Shown: in pieces, positions 9,295 to 22,300 of the stretch
Position numbering within the stretch: position 1 is the stretch's first letter
How the letters are laid out: each line of letters opens with the position of its first letter
From: a virus
DNA: 64,000 nt
IMG/VR virus record: IMGVR_UViG_3300030098_007301
Span: 64,001 to 128,000 of that record
Strand: one strand, 5' to 3'
The notes under the pieces: model-generated
The model's database searches: none
What the model saw: the letters and a program-made list of their open reading frames with translations, nothing else
What the model was told of the DNA's origin: nothing
Position numbers and translations under genes: made by a program

Positions 9295-12200
9295 TTACAC
9301 ATCTTTTTCAACTACGAGGCTATCTATATCAGCTCTTTCGCCGTAAATAGTGTAGAAACAGTCAATTGTTTCACCTTCGGCCGCTCCAATTACAATTTGA
9401 GATAATGAAGCACTAACAACATATAAATGCTGGAATCCTCCCCTTGGAGTTAGTTGAACTGTAATAGTGTCTTCTCGTACAAGACCAGACCAGTAATCTG
9501 GCAAAGTAATTGTATTTGATTGAGTTGTTCCTCTATAGTAAACGCCATATTCTGGCCCTTCCAAAGATCCGTGTATTAATTTTTTATTTTCTTTAGTTGG
9601 GTGGTCTATTACGAAAGACTTAGAAGAAGCAGCAAAAGCTCCATTAACTTCAAGTTTATAACTACTAGAAGAACTTGTTCCTATTCCTACGTTCCCTGTT
9701 CTTCCTATCACCATCCTAGAATTGATATCACTACTACCGTTGGCTGTGCTGAAATGCAGCTCTGAATATTTATTCGTATGGTCGAGCATTTTGCATATAA
9801 ATGCACCCGCGTACCATCCGGTTCCACCTTCAAAGGTTATAGCTGATATTTGTCCAGCTGTAGTTGCTTTGTTATTTATTATAACTCTGCAATTAGTCCC
9901 CCAAGCTTGGTTTTCGTTTGTTATAATGGAGTCTCCTCTTAGACGCATTACCGCAAAGTTTGTGTTATCTGTACCTATTCCAATCATTGGGTAGGTATTT
10001 TGACTTCCAACCCATAGAGCTATGTCATCATTAAACTGAGTATCAGGCTCGCCCCAAACAACAAATCTACCATCGCCTACTTCGTAGGTTCCAATCCCAA
10101 CTCTGCCATCATTTTTGATGATCATTTGAGTTTTAGGTGAGGCGGTATTGTCGGTGATAAAGTGAAAATCTCCTACATTTGTAGCATTTTGATATTGATA
10201 AGCGATTCTTCCGTCGGCGTCTCTTGCTCTAAAGTCTAAGTTGGCGTAAACACTATTACTTGCTTGAGCGTTATGAATTAGTAGGCCTTTGCCCGCTCCG
10301 CCTCCACTTAAACCCTCCTGAGTAACATTAGTAGAAGTACTTAAATATTTAACTTCAAATGTTTTATTAGGCGCCCCACTGCCAGTCGTATCGTTTACTA
10401 AAACTCTAGTCGCACCATCTCCTCTATCATATATACCAAATGATGGTGAAGTACTATTATTTTCAGTAATAAAAAGGAATTGGCCTTGGTTGCTGGTGCC
10501 GCTGTATTGAAATGCTATTCTTGCATCAGCGTCGTGAACCCTAAAGTCAATTGGAAAATAAGTATTAGCAGTAGTGCTTGTATTTTGCCCCCGAATTCCG
10601 GGGCCTGCAGTTCCGCTCAAGAAACCGGCTTTAATGTCAGTAACACCAGAGCTATAATAAACATGTAAATTCGCGGAGGAGTACGCATTCAAACCTATTC
10701 CAACATTACCACTACCATCAACTCTTAAATAATCACCGACTCCATTTTTGTGAATTGCAAATGTTCCGCCAGATGTGAGCCTGTTATACCAAATATGTGA
10801 TCCGCTGGTATAACGAAGCTGATAATCTGTTGCCTTTAATTGCAAGCGTAAGTTTGAATCAATCTGCAAAGATTGCGAGCCAGCATTGTAGAAATAAGTG
10901 TTATCACTTCCAAAGTATATTGCTTCGTCACTTTGCAAGGAACTTCCGTTGTATATGCCAGAGTATGTTGAGTCGCTATATGTTTTTAATTTTGTTGCGG
11001 CAGAACCAATGATCGCATCTCCAAGTACTTCTAATTTTGCAGCCGGATTATTTGTTCCTATACCGACATTGCCTCCAGAAATAACACGCATTCTCTCTGC
11101 ACCGTCAGTATAAAACCTTAAATAATCACCACCACTAGAACCATCTATTTTTGCAGCAGTTCCGCCCCACCTAATACTTTGTCCATCATCAAGGAAAGAG
11201 TCTCCTGAATTTATTCTAACGGTGCCGTTAACTTGTAGTTTAAAGGATGGAGCATTTGTTCCTATACCAACATTGCCACCTATAAAATAAGAAGATCCTG
11301 CAGTTCTTAAACTTGTTTTAGTAACGTTGTTATCCCTTAACTCAAGTATACCTTCAGTGCCGTTGTCGTATAAAAGTCCAATACGAGTACCTGTATCGCC
11401 ATCAAGAAACTCAGTATCACCCTTTACGGAAAGAGCAACACCGCCAGTGGCAGAAGCTCCGCCAATAGATACAGTACCAACGCTATTAATAACCGATTGG
11501 ATATTTCTATCACCTACGATTCTAGTCCAATTTTGGTCGCTGCTAGTTCCCCATCCAGATCGCCAATAGAACTCTGACGCTGAGTGCGCAAAATAAAATT
11601 GACCCCTAAAGCTATTAATCGACCTTAAAGTAAATAAAGCTCCGTAAGAATAAATCTGACTAGGTGTTTGTGTTAATGTACTAGGCGCATTAGTTGTAAT
11701 AGTTCCACTACTATTAGCCCAATGCCCATGAGTTGCGTCGTATCTATAAAACTGACAAAAACTGGCTTCGTCATTAGAACGATAATAATCGTTTAAGTTA
11801 TCTGTTCCATACGGTCTATCACCTAACTGCTTGAAAAATCCATTACCTCCCAACGAAGCGTTTCCGGCGCTACTTAAAAATAAATATTTTGATCCACTTC
11901 CAGCGCCGAAACCTACTCCAGAATTTTCAAAATATACTCCAGCAGTATTAACTGCGCTAACAGTAATCGCTGGGTTGGTAGAGTTTCCTGCCGCTGACCC
12001 ATTGCCTAGACGCAAATTAGTACCAATTCTTGCGTCTCCTCCATATACATCTAATTTGTAACCGGGAGCATATGTTCCTATGCCAACTTTACCGGAAGTA
12101 TTAATAGTAATATGATCCCATGTTGAATTTGCCCCTAGACTAAGGGCGTTTCCACTTGCGGCCTGCATTCCAAAACCAGTTCCTCCACCCATAGTACCCC

Positions 12201-15200
12201 AACTGATAAGGCCTCTATTAGTGGTGGCAAAAAACATGGTATCTTTGAACCGGCTACTTCCATTTACGGTTAGTCTATTTTCAGGAGTATCGTCACTTAT
12301 ACCAACATTGCCATTATTACATGTGATTGTTTGTGTTTGACCATTAGTACCAAGATGAAGTTTATGAGTTGTTCCCGTGCCACCACCAATAATAGTAAGA
12401 TCATTACTATAAGTCTGTAGTAGGCCATTATACATCTTCATGCTCCAGTTTTGACCGGTCCCACCTACCTGAAGATAATTACTTACCCAACTAATCATGG
12501 AAGTACCGTTACAGTCTACTGAAAAATCAGCAGCACCATTATTCATGTTGGATTGGTAAGTGGCGTCGCCAACAGCTAACCCTCCATTAACAGTCAAGTG
12601 TGCATTAGTTAATGGGTTAGCTCCCATACCGATACATCCATTACTTAACATTCTGAAGTTATTACCGAAATCAGACCGGTAAGAAAGCGATGCTAAATCA
12701 TTACCTGTGCCAGAGGCAGTCGCGTCAACCCAAGTCCATCCATCAGCATAAGTGTCAGCATAAGTATGACTAAACATGCTTTCCACATACATTTTAACCC
12801 AATAGCCCGGAGTGCTGAGACAAATACAAACTTTCTTAGTTCCAGATGAATCCCAATCTTCAGCAGATAGCTGGATGGTGGGAGCCCATCCTCCCGAGGA
12901 GCTACAAGTAGCATTGTAAAAAGTACTGTTATAATAATGCCAACATACTGTTAGGTTAGCTGTCTCTGCGTTACCATAAATGAAGCCTTTAAGATTAACG
13001 GTGAAATCTGCGCCGCTCAAAGCAAAAGGAATTTTTGTTCTAATTTTAATATTCGGGCTCGCGGCGCTAGTAGCTATGCTTAATCCTATTAAACTTAATC
13101 GACTTTGATCGCCAAAACTTGCCTCTCCATTTACGGATAAAGCGGTATGAGGATTAGAGTCTAATATTCCAACCTTACCAGCCCCCGTAACCGTCATGGT
13201 AGTTATACCATTGCTAGAGCCCCTAAAGTAGGTTGCTCCGTTATTAGCCATAGTTATATAGTTAATACCTAAGTTTTGGTAATTTAAATGAGTAGTATAA
13301 GCCGATCCGCTCAATATCTGAACCTCTCCGTCTGGCTCCACTTTAAACTTATAACCCCCATTTGCATAAACACCTAAAGCACTGCCCGTGCTTCCCGGCT
13401 CATCCATACGCACCAGCAACCCACCTGAATTGCCACTGGTAGCCGTGTTGTATATCCTTGAAAGCCAATTGCCAGTAACTGAAGCTTTGACCTCTAATCT
13501 GTATGCGGGAGCATTTGTCCCTATACCGACATTACCGTCACCAATAATACGTACCTTTTCTGAAGATGTGCCCGCGTTGTCCGTGAAAAATGAAATATAA
13601 CCGGTATTATTAGCGCCTGTAGTCCCGGCTTGTATCATTGCCACCTGTCCAGCATTATTTTGAAATGATACTGTAGAAACAATATCAGTGCTATTGTTAT
13701 TAGAATGCCTTAATACTATCTCTGCTCCTTCGTCATGTGATCCATTACTTTCGACATGCAATTTTGCACTAGGATTCGTAGTATTTATACCAACATTACC
13801 AGTATGCGCTAAAAATAAAGGAATATTAGTTCTAGCATTATTGCCACCAGTATAGAAAAACCAGTCGTACACTGCTGACCTTGCATGACCCGACGCATCG
13901 CACCAAATGTTTAACTGACTGCCTGTGTCGGTATGGTTGCCAGTAATCCTTACTCCTCCGTCTATTTGAGCATAAGCGGTGCCGCTTTGAGTTATAATGG
14001 AGTTACCTATCGTATCGGTATCAGTCCATAGCGCTAATTTATTTGCAGTACCTGAACCATCCACTTGCCCAGCACCAACTGCGGTTTCGATTACGTTACC
14101 ACTTGAGTCAACGGCCAATTTGTAAGCGGCGGTTCCTGTATGAGTTCCGCTACCATAACTACCGAATGTTAACTTACCATTATCAATTATTGTTAGTCTA
14201 TCTTGCCAGCCGCCGACATACGTTTGAAGTTTTATTCCGCCGTCGCCAGCAAGTCTCATAACAGTAGAATCGTTATAAACAAAACCTCCAGCGGTACTAC
14301 CAAAATAAAGTATATTATCTTTTATAATTACGTTATTGCTAGTGTCAATCCGAATGCCGCTAGTATTTGAGTTATACCCAAGATGCAAACCTCCCGCCCC
14401 TTTACCCATTATAGTAGGGACGTTTGAATACGCTGGATAAAATTGGAGATAAGCGGAATGCGATGTCCGATTGACAAGCAACCCAGACCCATCGGCCGAG
14501 GTGAACGTCATGTAATTTTTATTAACGTCCAACCTAGTATTTAAAGTGATGTCATCGCCAATAGTATCCTGCGCTGCTGAGTCGGTGGTTTTAAAATAGA
14601 AGGCCCCGGCGGCTACTTCTAAAACAGATTTGTTACCAGAAAAATTTCCATAGGTAGCCACATAACCGCTATTCGAAGTCTTCCCTTTTGCGCCGTAACC
14701 TATAACAGTATTGCCGTTTGAGTAATGAGATGACAATACGTTAAGTTTATTAGACCCACTATAATTCTTCTCCAACCATGAGCCACCAGTAGTAGAGGGA
14801 TTACCCGCTAGTACCACTCCGCTAAAATCTCCAGCCGCACCATATATAGTAGACCATCGGTTAGATGATGTGCCTAGCGTTATGCTGTTTGTGGGGTAGA
14901 CAGACGTTGAGGATCGCATTCTAGTGCTGCCAAAATCCTCACCTACGTCCAAAAAGTTGTTGCTAATTTGTCCCTCTAGTGCACGTTTTGACGCAAAATA
15001 AAATCGGCTTGCACTATCTCCAGCAAGAGTAAGGTTGCCGCTCACGGTAAGGTTGTTGTTGGCGGTAACGGTTCCATCAGATGAAATTGAAAGCCTTGTT
15101 GCACCAGCACTTTCGTCCCTAAACTCTAAAGCGTCCCCTATTGTGTCGCTATTGCATACAGACCAATTACCGTGGCCAGAATTCAATAATAGTCTAGCGT

Positions 15201-16302
15201 TTGAGTTAGCAGCATTTGTTATTTTTAATGTAGCGTTATCATGGCCAGATCCATAAATCTCTAAATTGACAGAAGGATTATTCGTTCCTATACCGATATT
15301 ACCGCCAGACCTAATAGTCATTCGGGTAGCGGTAGCTGCGCCAGTAGCCTGTGTTTGGAAAGCTATGGCCGCGCTGTCACTCGTGCCGTCTTGGTAACCA
15401 ACAATATTCGCCAAATTAGAATCAATGTCAGTATTACCAAAACGAATAATACCAAGAGAAGCGCCTGCATTGCCGTTTGTCCTCGTTAGCGCTAATATAG
15501 AAACACTACTGTTTCTTAATTGTAGGTTTCCAACCGTAGGAGTTGGCGTGCCTATGCCTATATTTCCGTCTTCTTTAATGTATAAAGCGTCTACAAAAGT
15601 ATCTCCAGAATTAACCGTGAATGTAAGACTGCCCGTAGCCGCGCCACCGGGGGCGGTAGCTAAACATCTAATTCTTGCGGCTGTATTATTTGCTGATCCT
15701 CCCGCGCTACTACCACCAATAAAATTAATATCATGGTTGCCACTGGACCAAGTGTTCTTGATGTTAATATTAGAACCATTGTTTTCAAATATTGCATCCC
15801 CATTAACATGTAGTTTCGCGCCCGGGGTGGTTGTTGCTATACCTAGATTTCCGTCAGTCTTAAACGCCATCCTTGTCGCGCCAGCGTCTTGATCTCTCAA
15901 GTTGAGAAGCCCGTTTGAATCAACGTACAACCTATACTCTCTAGCATCAGTTCTATGTAACCATAAACCTACATCTCCCCCTGAAGTTTCTAGATTGAGA
16001 TTACCGGCAACTTGCAATTTAGTAGCAGGCGCATTTGTTCCTATGCCGACATTACCTGTACCGTTAGGGGTTATCTCAATATGCTTATTGCCGCCAGATT
16101 CAGTTTGAAGTTTTAGGTTAGATGCACCAGCACTGTTTTCTATAGTGTCAGCCTTAAATATACCGCTTAAAGTACGGACACTTGTTGAACCCGTAGAAAT
16201 AAATGCTTCCCCGTTAACATGTAACTGCTGACTAGGCGTTGCGGTATTTATCCCAACCTTGCCTCTTAAAATCTTTAATGCTGGTATAGTTTTATCTGCC
16301 AT
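9295..16302 (-). CDS. Giant modular fibre protein (2335 aa)
   Basis: Repeated GNVGIGT-delimited modules; a knob-like domain (NLNDY...EFYWRSGW...WTRI); C-terminal KSFVIDHP...LEGPEYGVYYRG domain of a kind seen at the end of phage fibres. Confidence 0.85.
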   Translation of the reverse strand: MADKTIPALKILRGKVGINTATPSQQLHVNGEAFISTGSTSVRTLSGIFKADTIENSAGASNLKLQTESGGNKHIEITPNGTGNVGIGTNAPATKLQVAGNLNLETSGGDVGLWLHRTDAREYRLYVDSNGLLNLRDQDAGATRMAFKTDGNLGIATTTPGAKLHVNGDAIFENNGSNINIKNTWSSGNHDINFIGGSSAGGSANNTAARIRCLATAPGGAATGSLTFTVNSGDTFVDALYIKEDGNIGIGTPTPTVGNLQLRNSSVSILALTRTNGNAGASLGIIRFGNTDIDSNLANIVGYQDGTSDSAAIAFQTQATGAATATRMTIRSGGNIGIGTNNPSVNLEIYGSGHDNATLKITNAANSNARLLLNSGHGNWSVCNSDTIGDALEFRDESAGATRLSISSDGTVTANNNLTVSGNLTLAGDSASRFYFASKRALEGQISNNFLDVGEDFGSTRMRSSTSVYPTNSITLGTSSNRWSTIYGAAGDFSGVVLAGNPSTTGGSWLEKNYSGSNKLNVLSSHYSNGNTVIGYGAKGKTSNSGYVATYGNFSGNKSVLEVAAGAFYFKTTDSAAQDTIGDDITLNTRLDVNKNYMTFTSADGSGLLVNRTSHSAYLQFYPAYSNVPTIMGKGAGGLHLGYNSNTSGIRIDTSNNVIIKDNILYFGSTAGGFVYNDSTVMRLAGDGGIKLQTYVGGWQDRLTIIDNGKLTFGSYGSGTHTGTAAYKLAVDSSGNVIETAVGAGQVDGSGTANKLALWTDTDTIGNSIITQSGTAYAQIDGGVRITGNHTDTGSQLNIWCDASGHARSAVYDWFFYTGGNNARTNIPLFLAHTGNVGINTTNPSAKLHVESNGSHDEGAEIVLRHSNNNSTDIVSTVSFQNNAGQVAMIQAGTTGANNTGYISFFTDNAGTSSEKVRIIGDGNVGIGTNAPAYRLEVKASVTGNWLSRIYNTATSGNSGGLLVRMDEPGSTGSALGVYANGGYKFKVEPDGEVQILSGSAYTTHLNYQNLGINYITMANNGATYFRGSSNGITTMTVTGAGKVGILDSNPHTALSVNGEASFGDQSRLSLIGLSIATSAASPNIKIRTKIPFALSGADFTVNLKGFIYGNAETANLTVCWHYYNSTFYNATCSSSGGWAPTIQLSAEDWDSSGTKKVCICLSTPGYWVKMYVESMFSHTYADTYADGWTWVDATASGTGNDLASLSYRSDFGNNFRMLSNGCIGMGANPLTNAHLTVNGGLAVGDATYQSNMNNGAADFSVDCNGTSMISWVSNYLQVGGTGQNWSMKMYNGLLQTYSNDLTIIGGGTGTTHKLHLGTNGQTQTITCNNGNVGISDDTPENRLTVNGSSRFKDTMFFATTNRGLISWGTMGGGTGFGMQAASGNALSLGANSTWDHITINTSGKVGIGTYAPGYKLDVYGGDARIGTNLRLGNGSAAGNSTNPAITVSAVNTAGVYFENSGVGFGAGSGSKYLFLSSAGNASLGGNGFFKQLGDRPYGTDNLNDYYRSNDEASFCQFYRYDATHGHWANSSGTITTNAPSTLTQTPSQIYSYGALFTLRSINSFRGQFYFAHSASEFYWRSGWGTSSDQNWTRIVGDRNIQSVINSVGTVSIGGASATGGVALSVKGDTEFLDGDTGTRIGLLYDNGTEGILELRDNNVTKTSLRTAGSSYFIGGNVGIGTNAPSFKLQVNGTVRINSGDSFLDDGQSIRWGGTAAKIDGSSGGDYLRFYTDGAERMRVISGGNVGIGTNNPAAKLEVLGDAIIGSAATKLKTYSDSTYSGIYNGSSLQSDEAIYFGSDNTYFYNAGSQSLQIDSNLRLQLKATDYQLRYTSGSHIWYNRLTSGGTFAIHKNGVGDYLRVDGSGNVGIGLNAYSSANLHVYYSSGVTDIKAGFLSGTAGPGIRGQNTSTTANTYFPIDFRVHDADARIAFQYSGTSNQGQFLFITENNSTSPSFGIYDRGDGATRVLVNDTTGSGAPNKTFEVKYLSTSTNVTQEGLSGGGAGKGLLIHNAQASNSVYANLDFRARDADGRIAYQYQNATNVGDFHFITDNTASPKTQMIIKNDGRVGIGTYEVGDGRFVVWGEPDTQFNDDIALWVGSQNTYPMIGIGTDNTNFAVMRLRGDSIITNENQAWGTNCRVIINNKATTAGQISAITFEGGTGWYAGAFICKMLDHTNKYSELHFSTANGSSDINSRMVIGRTGNVGIGTSSSSSYKLEVNGAFAASSKSFVIDHPTKENKKLIHGSLEGPEYGVYYRGTTQSNTITLPDYWSGLVREDTITVQLTPRGGFQHLYVVSASLSQIVIGAAEGETIDCFYTIYGERADIDSLVVEKDV

Positions 16303-16311
16303 TATAAATCC

Positions 16312-19300
16312 TTATGATACTGCCGTTGCCATTCCCATCACGTGGTAACTTAGTTTACCTCCCAGTGTTCCGTTAGCAGCGGTGCTTAATTTTAATTGTA
16401 TAGTAAACGTATCACTACTTGGGTCTACTATTTTTGATTCAATTGAATCAGTATTCGTATTGTCAAATTCGCTTATCACTGTTCCGGGCTCTGCATATCC
16501 GTCACTTCCATTTTGTATAAAGTATTCACCGACAAATGCTACGGCACTATGACTGCTCCAATCGCCACTTAAGAATAATTTTACATAACAGCCAGTATGG
16601 TTGTTTAAATTAATTGTAAGGGCTGTAGTATAAGTATTTCCATTTAAACTTACATCTTTATAACCCATCCAGTTACCGTTATTAGTGGTACCTACTTTAA
16701 AATCGCCTTCGACGTGAAGCTTAGCGGCGGGAGCTGTCGTAGAAATAGCGACTCGGTCAGTTCCTGCTTCAGTGAATAAGAGATAATCATCAGTATCTCC
16801 CTCCACCCTAAAGTCCATGTCCCTGCCGCCCTCATTAACCACCATCCTACCGTTATGGACTTCCAATAACGAAGTCCCATTAGCCTCACGGCAAAGCAAG
16901 AAGTGGCTCACTCCTCCTATAATATCTAAACCATAACTCGCACCATCCAAGTTAATTTTCGCGGCCCAATCCGCACTTGAATTATCATATATATAAAACT
17001 TAGCGTCGGGACTAGCTGTATGGTTAGTGCCTCTTACAATTTGTACTGAATCAGCATTATCAGAAAGATTTCTAAATATAGCACCGGTTCCGTACACATC
17101 TAATTTGTCTAGCGGCTGTGCCGTTCCTATTCCGACATTACCGCTATTCTTAACGAATAAACCCGTTCCTAGGCCTGTATAGGCAGCAAGTGCGTAAACA
17201 GTTCCATTCGTATTAGCAGTACAGTCCACGCTAAGGCCATAACCATGCGCGTTTGTGTTTTTGATTATAGCAGCCCAGTCATTAGCATTTTCCAGCACGT
17301 TAAGTTTTGCGCTTGGCGCATTCGTTCCTATACCAACATTACCATCAACATTTATGCGGACCTGCTCTACTCCTTTTGTATAAAAGCGAGTTATTCCGTG
17401 GGTAAAATTAGCGTTGTTTTTTGATTGCTGCCCAATTGTCAGTATGCCATTACCCGCTCCAGCCGTGCCGGGAGCATAGTGAAAATCACAACTTGTGTCC
17501 CAATTCCAGCCCGTTCCCAAAGTAACACGGCATGAGCCACTAGCCCCTCCTGAGCCACCTATTATCCATAAATTACCAGCAGTAGATGAGTCGTAACCTA
17601 GCAGCCTTGTGGATCCAAAATAAACTGAATTGGAATAACTGGTAAGTTTCACATCGCCACCAGTAACATGGAGCTTGTAGCTCGGACTTGCGGTTCCGAT
17701 GCCAACATTGCCGTCATTTTTAATAATAAATGGAGAGGCACCATGGACATACATATAGGTGCTAGCCGGGCAATCAGTATCATTGTAGTCTTGATTTACT
17801 ACAAAGGGGTAATAATGTACTCCTACTTTCCCTCCATCCTGCACCCAAAGATTAGTATTACCAGAAGAGTCAGTTGTTTTAAGCGTAAGTCCCGTTCCAC
17901 CGCCAGCTCCTTTTATTTCTAATCTTGAGGCTGGACTTGCCATGCCGATGCCAACATTGCCGTCAGACTTAATACGTATCCGTTCAGTAAAAGATGACCC
18001 AGTCGTAAACACCAACCCATCCGAACCATTCTCGACATTTATGGAACCACGGACTTGAGAAGAATCTTTTAGTTGAACATAAGCACCACCCGATTTACTA
18101 AGTATGAGATTGCCGCCAGTATCTACTCGCAAACTTTCTGAACCGGCAGTGTCAATAATTGTCTCATTAGTACGTAAACGAAAAGTCCTAAAACCGTCAT
18201 TTGCAACAGTGCTTGAAAGAACTTGTATTTCGTTTGATACAGAATCGGGGTCAACACGCCAATTACCTTGAGTCCCTAATACGTTTAATTTTGATAAAGG
18301 ATTATTTGTTCCTATTCCTATGTTGCCAGTTGCAGTACAAACTAATCCATAACCCAAAAATGTACCTGACCCGTTGTACCGTTGAATCTCAAAATTATTA
18401 TTGTTGGAGTGTATCTGGTACGCATAGTAACTAGAACTGTATATAGCCCCAGTATGAACGTTTCGGTTGAAGCCAATGCCTTGAAGACTGTTAGTAGCCT
18501 TAAAATTCATGTGGCCACCGAGCAACACTTGCCCCTCAATGTCTAGGTTGTATTGGCTATTGGGGGTTTTGTTTAAACCTATACTGCCAGCAGAGGTAAT
18601 CCGCATCCGTTCTGTATGAACCGTTCCGAAACGCATTGAGTTGTCTGCGTGAGAGTACTCTAAATATCCTTCATAACGCGCTGTTCCAGAATTAGCATCA
18701 CCAAACCCAATAGAATGAGTTCCTGTAGTAGTAGACCAAAGCGTCATACCCCCAGTAGTAGTTCCCGGATTACCTACGCTTAAGTCAATAGTTCCCCCTA
18801 CTCCATATTCAGTTGACCCGATAGCTACATCTTCACCATTAGTAGCTATAGTTGAATTTCCAATTGCGCTAGATCCAGTGAATTTAGGTATATAATTTGC
18901 GCTTCCAGAACCTGAGATGTTACCTCCACCTCCGCCTCCGCTGACTGTAGCCCAAACTACTGTCCCGCTTCCATCAGTTTGCAAGACTTGGTTTGCGCTA
19001 CCATCTGTAGTAGGGAAAGTAAACGCATTGTTAAATGTAACTGCTCCTCCGGAAGCATTGATTCTCATCCGCTCCGTATAAGAACCTCCACCCATAAACT
19101 GAACATTACCTGAGCCGCTCCAGCCATATTGCAAAACATTACTAGAAACTCTAGCAATGGTCCGAGTTGTTCCGCCGCTATCCTTGGATCTAATTTCATA
19201 GTTATGATCCATGAGGAAATTGCCGCCATTCATGTAGATGTCTCCACCTACTTGAAATTTATAAGCAGGACTAACGCCTACGCCCACATTCCCATCAGAT

Positions 19301-22300
19301 TTTACTTGGAATTTAGTTGAGTAACTAGAGCCCGGAGTTTGGATTACGAATAATCCATTTTGGTTACCAAGGTAAACATGATTTCCCCCTGACGCTTCTT
19401 TAATAGATATATAGCTATTAGCACTAGTACTTTCGAAAATAGCAGTTGTCCCTGTGCCGTAAACATGAAGAGTATCGGCAGGAACATGTGTTCCTATTCC
19501 AACACTAGCATGGCTAACATTTATAACTTTAGCGATGTTACTTGTCCCATGTTCCCTTGCTCCAATATGAACCATACCTCCATATTGACCATCTCCAGCG
19601 TTAGGTCGACTCGCCCATATTCCGGCTAAGGAAGTCTGAGTTTCACTGCTATTATATGCTCCTGCAAAATTAATTCCCCCCGCATGACCGTTTGCGTAAG
19701 TGTTAGATGAAGCAATTACTACATTATAATTTAGGCCATTAAAACCACCTATAGTAGGTCTTAAAACATGGAATCCAGCCCATGGAACATTTGTCCCTAC
19801 ACCAACGTTACCATTTTGGTTCATTGCAAGAGCAAGAGTATCCGGGGTACCATCTGTAGCCGCTCCGAATCCAAAACTTATTAACGCATTATTACCACCT
19901 GTATTATTTAAATTAGTAAGAGAAACTCTTCCAGAGGACGAAGCGTTATATCCTAAAAATGCGCCTATAGAAGCTGTAGAGCCTCCAACTTTTACAGCAC
20001 CTTCATAATAACCATTAGACACAGTTCCAGCTTGATAAACATTTAGTAATTGAGTTGGAGAATTTGTTCCTATTCCAACTTTACCTGATGTCACACTTAC
20101 AGTATTTAGGTAATTAGTGCCAGACTGCCTCGTCCCTAGATAAAACCTACTAGGCGTATAGCCAAACATGGCCCTGTTATTGTCGTCTGCACCGCAAGAA
20201 ATTTCTGAATTGACATGGAGCTTTGAGCTGGGACTTGCCGTGCCGATACCTACGTTGCCGCCGCCCGTGACACGTACTCTCTCTGTATTGCTGGCTGATC
20301 TAAAAATTAAATCGTCAGCAGAGAAATCAACATAAGCCGCAGAACCATTGTGACCTAACTGCAAATAATCTCCAGACGTAGAATGTTCTGAGCGTATCCA
20401 AGGTGCAGTTGTGTCAATATGAAGCTGTACTGCTGGAGCATTTGTTCCTATGCCAACATTACCGTCAGCCTTTATCCGCATCTTTTCAGTAACAGCAGTT
20501 GCATTATTGGTCGTTAAAAATGCCAGATACCCACTAACCGCAGTATTGGTATTAGACTGAACTCCCCCTCGAACTTCAGAATGAACTATGTTGGCGGTAC
20601 CATCGTTGTCTTTCCCCATGAACTGAAGGTATCCCAATGGTGCGTCATCAGCGGGAGATGCAGCATTATTATATAGTTGTAATGCTACTGCGTTGCTGGC
20701 TCGTTCAAATTTGATAGCGTCTCCAAGAACATGGAGTTTCTGCGCTGGCGCATTTGTTCCTATACCAACCTTTCCACTTTTAATATAAAGCCTAGAAGTT
20801 GATCCTTCCCTAATATTAAAATTATCTCCGCCCCCGTCATAGTTAGCCCTAATAGACCAATCTACAGAATCGTCGCTACCGAGCCATTCTATATCGCCGT
20901 TGGCTACTACGTTTCCAGTTCGTTTTAGTTGTATTTTTGGAAGAAAAGCTGCTGATCTAATTGTACCACTTACCTCAAGTTTTGTGGCAGGGTCAGAACC
21001 CCCCAATCCTATACCAACGCCAGTAGCAGTTATTCTTATTTGCTCGGCGTTGTTGGCGTACAGCAACGTTTTTGTGACTCCTGTATTTTGAGCTAATACA
21101 GTTCCCCCATATCCGCTTAAAGTCATTGGGGTAGTATAGTTGTAATGAGCGGATAAATCTGCATGATAAGCTGTGTTTTGGGCAGCTTGAAGTGTGATTC
21201 TAGCCTCACTAGAAGCCTCTACAGTTAATCCTCCCGATGCTCCTGTGTTGTCGATAAAAGCAGCTCCAATTACATGGAGCGCTTTCGATGGAGCATTTGT
21301 TCCTATGCCAACATTCCCGTCAGCGATAACCCGCACATGCTCACTACCGTCTACTTCTAAAGTAAGAAAAGAACTTGCAGTCTCATCACTAGCGTCAGCT
21401 TGTAGTTTTAATGCGCCGTCAGATGCGTCTATATAAGCTAATGGGGTTCCCGACGCGTTACTATCTCTAAATCTTATTATAGGACTGCTGCCGTTTATCA
21501 TCAACAGATTGAGAGGTTGATCCGTTCCTATACCAACATTACCTGCCTCAAAAGTGGTCGCCATATTTCCACCATCATAACGAAACCTAATTGGCTGTTT
21601 TGTAATAGTGGTTCCATTGGCTTTTTTCATTTCAGCGCCAATACATAAACCATCTGTCGTGCTCCAATTTGGAGATGCAGAGTTTAAGGTAGAAAGTCTA
21701 ATCACCTCGGGGATTTCATTATCCCCTACGGCACTTTTAGTAATATGTAGAGGTACGGCTGGACTTACTGTTCCTATACCAACAGAACCTTCCTTCAGGA
21801 TCGACAATTTTATTGCGGTTGGATCACCCCCTTTAGCCGCAGAAGTTGAGATAGTAAAATCACCGTAGGCTCCGTTATTAGTGCCTATAGACCAATTTCG
21901 GGTATTGCTATCTGCATATCCGGAGTAAAGCCCAATTATGGGTGAAGTGGCAGATCTTACAGTTAATAATTTAGCCGGATTATTTGTGCCTATACCAACG
22001 CTCCCTGCGGAAGTAATATTAAATTTATCTCCCCCGGCCCATTGCAAACCAAACGTACCATTATTATTATCTATATCCCAACTACCTGTAGTAGATTTAA
22101 GACGAAGAGTAGCAAAGTTTGAGGCACTTTCTATAATTGTCCAGCCATATATATGAAGTAAAGATGCTGGCGCATTTGTTCCTATGCCAACATTCCCGTC
22201 AGCCGCAATACGCATTCTCTCTGCGTTGTTTGTAGCAAACTGCATATACGCATTTTCATACAACCAAAAATAAGCTCTCGTTGAAAGCTCCGCAGCGATT

